Source of the DNA: Eledone cirrhosa
Lineage: Eukaryota
Assembly (NCBI GenBank): GCA_964016885.1
Contig: OZ024740.1
Coordinates: forward strand, 41,292,001 to 41,356,000
DNA: 64,000 bases
Reading direction: 5' to 3'
The translations under genes and the position numbers were made by a program. Positions 57,142-64,000 of the stretch are shown here, piece by piece; the first letter of the stretch is position 1; every line of letters starts with the position of its first letter. The notes under the pieces are model-generated. The model saw only the letters and a list, made by a program, of their open reading frames with translations. It was not told where the DNA came from and searched no databases.

Positions 57142-57174
57142 CTCATTTCTACAGCTGAGTAAACTGGAGCAACG
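57142..57174 (-). mobile_element. Short fragment resembling the central domain of invertebrate tRNA-derived SINEs
   Basis: The minus strand reads CGTTGCTCCAGTTTACTCAGCTGTAGAAATGAG, similar to the ..TTGCTCCAGTCCAC(T/C)CAGCTGTA(A)AAATG.. motif recalled from such SINEs. The tRNA head is not visible. Confidence 0.45.
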
Positions 57175-57289
57175 TAATATATATATGTGTATATATATAT
57201 ATATGTGTATATATATATATATGTATCTGTATGTATGTATGTATGTATGTATGTATGTATGTATGTATGTATGTATGTATGTATGTATG
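57175..57289. repeat. Compound (TA)n/(TATG)n microsatellite
   Basis: Read directly from the sequence. Confidence 0.97.
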
Positions 57290-57716
57290 AGAGATGACCC
57301 CTTAGCCCGGGAGAGATGACCCCTTAGCCTTTGTCAAGGCAGAATTCTAGGAGAAGGAAAACTCTGATATAACACCTGCAACCCTGATGGTATCCAATGA
57401 TGTTGACTTGTTCTTCTTTTTGGTAAATATCATCTTGGTTAAGAGAGTGGGACTGGCTTTGTGCAGTGCCTTTGCTCACTATAAAAGCTACACGGCACAG
57501 GCATTGCTTTATATCTGGAGATCTCTCTGCACTTGTCGTCACATGGTACCATGAGCCCAGCACTATGTGTCAATAATTGTCACAGGTGTAGTGTTTGTAC
57601 CAGAGTTTTCAAGTCGCTGGCTGGACTAAAAAGTCACACTTGTTCAGCGCATCGGTAGTGGTTCTCCTACATGGATATAAAGTAGTGGCCGTACTCGAAA
57701 ACGAGTTGGCAGCCAC
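57289..57716 (+). mobile_element. RTE-derived non-autonomous element, copy 1 (5'-truncated, with a short 5' duplication)
   Basis: Near-identical to 58084-58491, 58507-58914 and 63468-63875. It ends ...ACTCGAAAACGAGTTGGCAGCCAC, followed by a TA/TATG tract. Confidence 0.9.
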
Positions 57717-57908
57717 TATATATGTGTATATATATGTATGTATATATATATATGTATGTATATGTATATGTATGTGTATATATATATATGTATGTATATA
57801 TATATATGTATGTATATATATATATGTATGTATGTGTATATGTATATGTATGTATATATGTATGTATATATGTATGTACATATGTATGTATATATGTATG
57901 TATACATG
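57717..57908. repeat. Degenerate (TA)/(TATG) microsatellite, the tail of copy 1
   Basis: Read directly from the sequence. Confidence 0.97.
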
Positions 57909-57939
57909 GTAACATGTATCCCAGTACAACTTGTCCCAT

Positions 57940-58491
57940 GGTCGGGTCGTTGGCGACTAAACTGGCAACCCCACCAAGGTTTCTTGGTGAGGAGGGTGAC
58001 TTTGGACATCCTGCAGGACTAAAAACAAAACCTGTCAAAGGGCAAAGGAGCTCTTAAGAGTCAATGGCCATCCAAAATCACCGGGAGAGATGACCCCTTA
58101 GCCTTTGTCAAGGCAGAATTCTAGGAGAAGGAAAACTCTGATATAACACCTGCAACCCTGATGGTTTCCAATGATGTTGACTTGTTCTTCTTTTTGGTAA
58201 ATATCATCTTGGTTAAGAGAGTGGGACTGGCTTTGTGCAGTGCCTTTGCTCACTATAAAAGCTTCACAGCACAGGCATTGCTTTATTTCTGGAGATCTCT
58301 CTGCACTTGTCGTCACATGGTACCATGGGCCCAGCACTATGTGTCAATAATTGTCACAAGTGTAGTGTTTGTACCAGAGTTTTCAAGTTGCTGGCTGGAC
58401 TAAAAAGTCACACTCGTTCAGCGCATCGGTAGGGGTTCTCCTACATGGATATAAAGTAGTGGCCGTACTCGAAAACGAGTTGGCAACCACC
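57940..58491 (+). mobile_element. RTE-derived non-autonomous element, copy 2 (~552 bp; may start ~30 bp further upstream)
   Basis: Colinear with 63324-63875. The 5' part carries RTE 5'-UTR-like motifs (GTCAAAGGGC, GTCAATGGCCATC, CTAGGAGAAGGAAAACTCTGAT). The 3' part encodes a C2H2 finger and a terminal stem-loop, with a short (ATGT)n tail at 58492-58506. Confidence 0.9.
58325..58432 (+). CDS. 35-aa micro-ORF with one canonical C2H2 zinc finger (remnant of the RTE ORF C-terminus); translation unproven
   Basis: ACCATGG context. [35 protein letters not shown] fits C-x2-C-x3-F-x5-L-x2-H-x4-H. The frame is open in all four copies. Confidence 0.45.
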   Translation: MGPALCVNNCHKCSVCTRVFKLLAGLKSHTRSAHR

Positions 58492-58506
58492 ATGTATGTA
58501 TGTATG

Positions 58507-58914
58507 GAAGAGATGACCTCTTAGCCTTTGTCAAGGCAGAATTCTAGGAGATGGAAAACTCTGATATAACACCTGCAACCCTGATGGTATCCAATGATGT
58601 TGACTTGTTCTTCTTTTTGGTAAATATCATCTTGGTTAAGAGAGTGGGACTGGCTTTGTGCAGCGCCTTTGCTCACTATAAAAGCTTCACGGCACAGGCA
58701 TTGCTTTATATCTGGAGTTCTCTCTGCACTTGTTGTCACATGGTACCATGGGCCCAGCACTATGTGTCAATAATTGTCACAAGTGTAGTGTTTGTACCAG
58801 AGTTTTCAAGTCGCTGGCTGGACTAAAAAGTCACACTTGTTCAGCACATCGGTAAGGGTTCTCCTACATGGATATAAAGTAGTGGCCGTACTCGAAAACG
58901 AGTTGGCAGCCACC
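58507..58914 (+). mobile_element. RTE-derived non-autonomous element, copy 3 (5'-truncated)
   Basis: Starts GAAGAGATGACC directly after the tail of copy 2 and ends GGCAGCCACC plus (ATGT)14. Confidence 0.9.
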
Positions 58915-58970
58915 ATGTATGTATGTATGTATGTATGTATGTATGTATGTATGTATGTATGTATGTATGT
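58915..58970. repeat. (ATGT)14 microsatellite shared by the 3' ends of copy 3 (+) and the R4 element (-)
   Basis: Read directly from the sequence. Confidence 0.98.
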
Positions 58971-59009
58971 TTTCTCTTTCTCTTAATTTCGAGTATATTT
59001 TTTTGACCG

Positions 59010-59026
59010 GCCACCTTCCTGGTGGC
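59010..59026 (-). other. 3'-UTR stem-loop of the R4 element (GCCACC-AGGAA-GGUGGC)
   Basis: Perfect 6-bp GC-rich stem, extendable by ACC/GGU, in an otherwise AT-rich UTR. Its function as an RT recognition element is inferred. Confidence 0.6.
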
Positions 59027-59050
59027 AAGGTTGTAAAAGAAAAGAAATTG

Positions 59051-61726
59051 TCATCCCTTGAATCGCAAGAATGTTTTGCATATTTTGAAGGTGCCAGCTA
59101 TCGCAGCCATTTGTAGACTATGAATTAGGGAGCTGCGCTTTTTGTCCGCAAATCCAAGTTCGGTCATACTTTGGTCCAAGCGGGTTGGTATATAACCCGT
59201 AGCACCAATAATGATGGGTATGAAGCTAAAGGTGTATCTTGGATACTGGATTTGTAAGCTCCTCATCAATGGTCCGTAGATGTCCTCCTTCTCCTGTATT
59301 TTTCTGACAACGTTTGCATCAAGTGGGCAGCTGATCTCCACAACAGAACACGTTTTCAATGTGTGGTCCCAAACTACAATATCAGGCCGGTTGTGCTTTA
59401 ATTTGGTGGCAGTTTTTATTTTCAGGTTCCACCAGTATTCCTTAGTGCCATCTGTCTCAATATATTCTTCCTCGTTTGTTGTTAATTTTGTTTTCCGAAG
59501 TGCGTTCCAGATAGTTCTAGCTATCCCATCGTGTCTCATGGGGAGGTAGTAGCGAGATGACATTCTTTCGCAGCTGGCAACAATGTGGCTTACATCCTCG
59601 ATCTTTGTTTTACATAGCCTACATTTATTGTCAGCTGCTGGCCCTCCTCTTTTGTGCAGCAGATATTTGGTAGGGAGTTCTTGCTCCTGTATTGCATAGA
59701 GATATCCCTCAAGGTGTGATGTCATAAACTTGTCGGAACTCCATGCCAGGCTTTTTGAGTGGTTTATCCCCTCTATGGTCTGTGTTTTACGCCTCAAGTA
59801 TCCATGCACAACTTTCTCTGTAAATTGGTCAATTTTTTTTTCTTGTTTGAACATTGAATAGGATCTTCCGATTTCTCTGGGTGAGAGATTTATATCAGGC
59901 TTTATTCCATATCTCTCCTCCAGATCAGTCGCTATTCTAATGATATTTCTTTTTTCATGCTCATAAACCTGAGCAAGATGGTCGCCAACCTTTTTCCTCT
60001 GTTGAAGGTGTTGCTTCAGTGTTACTATCCGGGTCTCATATGTTGTTAATATTGATTTTAGACCCCGGCCACCTTCCTTGCGTGAGAAGTATAGCCTATC
60101 CACATCACCATTGATGTTAAAGTTCCCAGTAACACTGAGAAGTTTACGAGTTCTAACATCCATCTCACTTAGTTCTTGCAATGACCAGTTCAGTAGGCCA
60201 AATGTTGGCGTTAGAATTGGCACAGCATAGGTATTGTGGGCAATGTATTTGTTGTATGCTGACAGTTCTGATGACCATATTTTTTTTACTCTTCTGAGGT
60301 ATTCAGTTCTGGTTCTCTCCTTATTTATGGGTCCATCATATCTGACATTCTCATCCTGTCCAAGATATCTGTAGTTGTCACCTGACTGCAGAGGTTGTAT
60401 TGACAGGCCGTTCATATCTAGATTTCTAGAGGAGGGCACAGCTCTTCCACGTTTTACTGCCAAATATGCACACTTGGACTCACCAAATTTCATTTTGATG
60501 TCGGTTGAAAATTGTGTAATGAGGTCCAATTGTTTCTTGATGTCATTGATATTTGGCCCATACAACTTCAGGTCATCAACAAAGAAAAGATGGGAGATAC
60601 TTCTGGTCCCACTTCTTTGTCCACCTTGTTTCCTGAGTAGGTAAGATAGTGGATTCAGTGAGAGAACGAAGAGTAGTACTGACAAGCTATCACCCTGAAA
60701 GATGCCCTTCTGGTAATGTATCCTATCAGTCTTAACCTGCCCCTTCTCACCTCTAAGGATCAAATTGGTGTACCAGTTCTTGGTCAGGCGTTCAACAGCA
60801 GCTACTAATGGTTGTGGGACTTTAGCTAACTGTAAAGCCTTAATAATCCACCCATGAGGTACACTATCAAATGCTTTTTGATAGTCCAGCCACACGACAG
60901 TCATGTTTCTGCGATTCTTTGTTGTTTTTTCCTGAATCATTTTGTTAGTTAGTAGGTGATCTATGCAACCCCACACCTCCCTCTTTCCACCAGCTTGCTC
61001 AGGTGTTATGATGTTGTTGGTAGCACAGTGATCCTGTAAGAACAGGTTAAGGCACCCAGTATATAATTTATACATGATGTTTTGGCAGGCAATTGGGCGG
61101 TAATTTTTAGCAAGGGTGGTTTGGCTATTTTTGGGAATGAGGAGAGTAGTGGCAGTTGATAACCATCTGGGCAGTTCTTGTGTGCCCTCAATGGTTTCTG
61201 TAAACAGCCGTATGAGGTCTTGCCGATAGAAAGTGAAATTCTTCAACCAGTATCCTGTAATGAGGTCTGGGCCTGGCGATTTCCTATTCGACATTTTCTG
61301 TAGAGCTGTTTCCAGTATTGACCCATCTATGTCATATTGTTTTGTCCGGACATGTTGGCAGTAGTCCTGTTCCAGTTGTTTTAGCCAATTAGCTTGTCTG
61401 TTGAATCCGTCATCCGTTTCCCATCCGTTTCTCCAGTAGTTCTCAACCTGTTCTTTTGAAGGGGTGTCGTTTACAGGGATTGAGCTTTTGCCACCGAAGC
61501 TGCGATAAACTGATTTAGGATCTCTGGCAAACAATCTATTTAGCACTTGTCGTTTATGGGCTGTTGACTTATATTTTAGTCTTTCTGTTGTAGCTGTGAG
61601 TTGTTGTTTCAACTGGTGTAATTTGGAGTTCAAAGTTTTAAATTTGGTATCTCCAAATCGTCTCTCTAACTTTTTCTTTAGGTCTTCCTGGTGTCGTGTG
61701 AAGTTTCTCTCTATGTTGCATTTCAT
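59051..61726 (-). CDS. Reverse transcriptase + CCHC zinc knuckle + RLE endonuclease (C-terminal 891 aa of the R4/Dong polyprotein)
   Basis: RT motifs: KSPGPDLITGYWLK, YRPIAC, WLDYQKAFDSVPH, GIFQGDSLS, FFVDDLKLY, MKFGESKC, YRYLG. Then RLYFSRKEGGRGL, the knuckle CRLCKTKIEDVSHIVASC, and RLE motifs RHD, RPDIVVWD, VEISCP and EKEDIY. Confidence 0.95.
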   Translation of the reverse strand: MKCNIERNFTRHQEDLKKKLERRFGDTKFKTLNSKLHQLKQQLTATTERLKYKSTAHKRQVLNRLFARDPKSVYRSFGGKSSIPVNDTPSKEQVENYWRNGWETDDGFNRQANWLKQLEQDYCQHVRTKQYDIDGSILETALQKMSNRKSPGPDLITGYWLKNFTFYRQDLIRLFTETIEGTQELPRWLSTATTLLIPKNSQTTLAKNYRPIACQNIMYKLYTGCLNLFLQDHCATNNIITPEQAGGKREVWGCIDHLLTNKMIQEKTTKNRRNMTVVWLDYQKAFDSVPHGWIIKALQLAKVPQPLVAAVERLTKNWYTNLILRGEKGQVKTDRIHYQKGIFQGDSLSVLLFVLSLNPLSYLLRKQGGQRSGTRSISHLFFVDDLKLYGPNINDIKKQLDLITQFSTDIKMKFGESKCAYLAVKRGRAVPSSRNLDMNGLSIQPLQSGDNYRYLGQDENVRYDGPINKERTRTEYLRRVKKIWSSELSAYNKYIAHNTYAVPILTPTFGLLNWSLQELSEMDVRTRKLLSVTGNFNINGDVDRLYFSRKEGGRGLKSILTTYETRIVTLKQHLQQRKKVGDHLAQVYEHEKRNIIRIATDLEERYGIKPDINLSPREIGRSYSMFKQEKKIDQFTEKVVHGYLRRKTQTIEGINHSKSLAWSSDKFMTSHLEGYLYAIQEQELPTKYLLHKRGGPAADNKCRLCKTKIEDVSHIVASCERMSSRYYLPMRHDGIARTIWNALRKTKLTTNEEEYIETDGTKEYWWNLKIKTATKLKHNRPDIVVWDHTLKTCSVVEISCPLDANVVRKIQEKEDIYGPLMRSLQIQYPRYTFSFIPIIIGATGYIPTRLDQSMTELGFADKKRSSLIHSLQMAAIAGTFKICKTFLRFKG

Positions 61727-61750
61727 AACGACTGCGATGTGTGAGATACT

Positions 61751-62560
61751 TCATCTCAGGGACAAAATTTTGGTTTTTAAATTTCGCATCCACGCTGGTT
61801 CAGGCTTTCTGTTTGTATCTTGATTGCGTGGTTTTAGATGTGTGTTATATGATAGCAATGTGACAGCTGAAACATATAACAAAACATTGAGCGTTTCAAA
61901 TGTCGTTTCTACACCTTTAGATCGTATAGCCTTCAGATAATTGCCAGCTATTTCGTTCACCGCTTCCAATTCCAATTTAGTGGGTTCTTTACTGACTCTA
62001 GTGTTGTATGGTCTGTCACTCACATTAAGGCTGTGTATCTCTTGAAACATATCGTTCCATATCACTTGTAGGGTGCCCACAAGTTTTTGGTGCTCTGTTT
62101 GTTCAGTAGAGTCATGAATTGCAGCCTCGTTGTTGATGTGGTGACAATTACTACTAGAGTCAGCTGACCTTTCTCGCTGTTCTTCAGTGGAAGTGGGATG
62201 GATTTCAGCAAAATTGTTGGTGAGCTGTTCACTGTTAGATTTAGCTGGCCATTCTCTTTGTCTGTCAGTGGAGGTGGGGTGGTTGTCTACAAGGGCTGTA
62301 TTTGTAGTATCACTCAATTCCGTTAGATGTATCAATTTACATCTAATGATACGTTTTGCCTGTTCATTTAGATGCTTTGGAGAAAAGTCTAATTCTGGGT
62401 GTTTGGAGTTCCATAAAGTTTTTAGCCTTTGCATAAAACCGAACTTTTGGGGTTCAGATTGTTTGTATGCTTCATATAATTCTTTGTTAAGCTCGTAGCT
62501 CCACTGTATACAACGGTTGTAATTGCGATTTGGTCGAAGGAGACTTGTACTTTTTGCCAT
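61751..62560 (-). CDS. N-terminal 269 aa of the same R4/Dong ORF (Myb-like DNA-binding region), ended by an in-frame premature TGA
   Basis: The W....N..LY.AY..S.P...GFMQRL..LW...HP.......L.EQ...I pattern and PAW...L..KI..LR are typical of R4-clade N-termini. It is in frame with the downstream ORF: SLR*SISHIAVV-MKCN. Confidence 0.85.
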   Translation of the reverse strand: MAKSTSLLRPNRNYNRCIQWSYELNKELYEAYKQSEPQKFGFMQRLKTLWNSKHPELDFSPKHLNEQAKRIIRCKLIHLTELSDTTNTALVDNHPTSTDRQREWPAKSNSEQLTNNFAEIHPTSTEEQRERSADSSSNCHHINNEAAIHDSTEQTEHQKLVGTLQVIWNDMFQEIHSLNVSDRPYNTRVSKEPTKLELEAVNEIAGNYLKAIRSKGVETTFETLNVLLYVSAVTLLSYNTHLKPRNQDTNRKPEPAWMRNLKTKILSLR

Positions 62561-62728
62561 GATGAGTTCGTCTATTCACTAATATTTTGTATTTATTTTT
62601 TTTAAATAGTCGATGATCTTCTTTAAAAGTTACGACAAAGTTCTGTCAGAATCAAATTTAAAGTTATTCACAGCTTGGGTAATATTTCTTTTCAGTTAGT
62701 TTTTAATTCTACAACTGTGTTTTAAACG

Positions 62729-63064
62729 TTGTTCTTGAATCGTTTGAATCGAGAACAAAAAGAACCGTTACTTAGTATATTCCTTTACGAATGTAATATA
62801 ATATAACAACGCTGTATTTATATGTTAAAGTTTATGTATCATTCATATAAATAGGTGTTCTACAACATATTCACAACATTCACAGTTCAAACACTTATAT
62901 TTTTGTTTCTGAATCGAAAACGTTACTTTTATATTTCTTTATAAATGTAATATAACAACGTTGCATTTATATGTTAAAGTATATGTATCGTTCATATATC
63001 ATAAGTGTATGTATCGTTCATATAAATAGGTGTTTTACAACACACTTACAGTTCAAACACTTAT
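62729..63064. repeat. Diverged tandem duplication (~165-170 bp x2) in the R4 5' UTR
   Basis: 62729-62898 and 62903-63064 share GAATCG, CGTTACTT, AATGTAATATAA, ATTTATATGTTAAAGT, TTCATATAAATAGGTGTT and ACAGTTCAAACACTTAT. Confidence 0.9.
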
Positions 63065-63192
63065 GTAGAATTATTGTATGTAATCTTACCGCGTAATGTA
63101 GCTCAACTTTTTCCAATATATGGTATGTTGCCTTCATGTAAGCCGTAATTACACACGTCCAATTATCGGACACTGACCACAACGGTCGCCAT

Positions 63193-63324
63193 TGTATGTA
63201 TGTATGTATGTATGTATGTATGTATGGTCGGGACGTTGGCGACTAAACTATGTATGTATGTATGTATGTATGTATGTATGTATGTATGTATGTATGTATG
63301 TATGTATGTATGTATGTATGTATG
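63193..63324. repeat. (TATG)~8 + 24-nt copy of the element 5' end + (TATG)19
   Basis: GGTCGGGACGTTGGCGACTAAACT occurs at 63226-63249 and again from 63324. Confidence 0.97.
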
Positions 63325-63875
63325 GTCGGGACGTTGGCGACTAAACTGGCAACCCCACCAAGGTTTCTTGGTGAGGAGGGTGACTTTGGACATCCTGCAG
63401 GACTAAAAACAAAACCTGTCAAAGGGCAAAAGAGCTCTTAAGAGTCAATGGCCATCTAAAATCACCAGGAGAGATGACTCTTTAGCCTTTGTCAAGGCAG
63501 AATTCTAGGAGAAGGAGAACTCTGATATAACACCTGCAACTCTGATGGTATCCAATGATGTTGACTTGTTCTTCTTTTTGGTAAATATCATCTTGGTTAA
63601 GAGAGTGGGACTGGTTTTGTGCAGTGCCTTTGCTCACTATAAAAGCTTCACGGCACAGGCATTGCTTTATATCTGGAGATCTCTCTGCACTTGACATCAC
63701 ATGGTACCATGGGCCCAGCACTATGTGTCAATAATTGTCACAAGTGTAGTGTTTGTACCAGAGTTTTCAAGTCGCTGGCTGGACTAAAAAGTCGCACTCG
63801 TTCAGCGCATCGGTAGGGGTTCTCCTACATGGATATAAAGTAGTGGCCGTACTCGAAAACGAGTTGGCAGCCACC
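63324..63875 (+). mobile_element. RTE-derived non-autonomous element, copy 4 (~552 bp), with short (ATGT)n tail at 63876-63889
   Basis: Colinear with copy 2. The first zinc-finger His codon is mutated CAC>CGC. Confidence 0.9.
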
Positions 63876-64000
63876 ATGTATGTATGTATTCCTCCCACAG
63901 TCTTCACAGCAGCTGATTAGACGGTGTGTCTGTATTTTTTGCAGCTGTTGGTTGTCCACATTTACGATGCTTTGTTAGTTGGACAATAATAGTTCATTTA

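Larger units (their letters stand above)
58971..63193 (-). mobile_element. Full-length R4/Dong-clade non-LTR retrotransposon (restriction-like endonuclease type), ~4.2 kb, flanked by (TATG)n on both sides
   Basis: ~630-nt 5' UTR, then one long reading frame with the R4-type N-terminal domain, RT, CCHC knuckle and PD..E..K nuclease, then an 80-nt 3' UTR with a hairpin running into (CATA)n. Confidence 0.92.

Noticed and set aside
57595-58057. YI/HT/MYVC-repeat ORFs (also 58792-59116 and 63163-63441)
   Set aside because: These are translations of TA/TATG microsatellites.
59280-62498. Short antisense or alternate-frame ORFs within the R4 coding region
   Set aside because: Shadow ORFs of the RT frame with no motifs.
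57324-63721. Four 79-aa minus-strand ORFs and overlapping 80/91-aa plus-strand ORFs as a gene family
   Set aside because: They are alternative frames of the near-identical mini-element copies and have no domain motif. Only the short C2H2 frame has protein-like signal.
63930-64000. Possible splice acceptor TGTATTTTTTGCAG near the window end
   Set aside because: The phase-0 reading stops after 14 codons, no donor is visible, and it cannot be evaluated at the window edge.

Overview
Eukaryotic (animal) genomic window. The microsatellite-rich, RTE/Penelope/SINE-laden flank resembles octopus or other mollusc DNA, but this is inference only. Bases 1-53683 are the end of a very homogeneous AT-rich satellite: a 50-bp monomer (consensus ATTTGTTTTATGTATTAAAATAAAGTGTACGTGAAGATAAATTTATTTTT, ~1070 copies, all head-to-tail). 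It has nested higher-order repeats (1351, 1450, 6000, 6446 and ~11250 bp), two sequence layers that switch at ~37.09 kb, and an abrupt edge. The last 10.3 kb hold decayed Penelope GIY-YIG, RTE and SINE fragments, microsatellites and a possible spliced exon pair. They also hold a retrotransposon pile-up in (TATG)n tracts. One component is a full-length R4/Dong-clade RLE non-LTR element on the minus strand (58971-63193), whose ~1169-codon ORF is broken only by one in-frame TGA. The other is four copies of a ~550-bp non-autonomous RTE-derived element that carries a 35-codon C2H2 zinc-finger micro-ORF and ends in (TATG)n. No prokaryotic genes, CRISPR arrays, rRNA or tRNA genes are evident.
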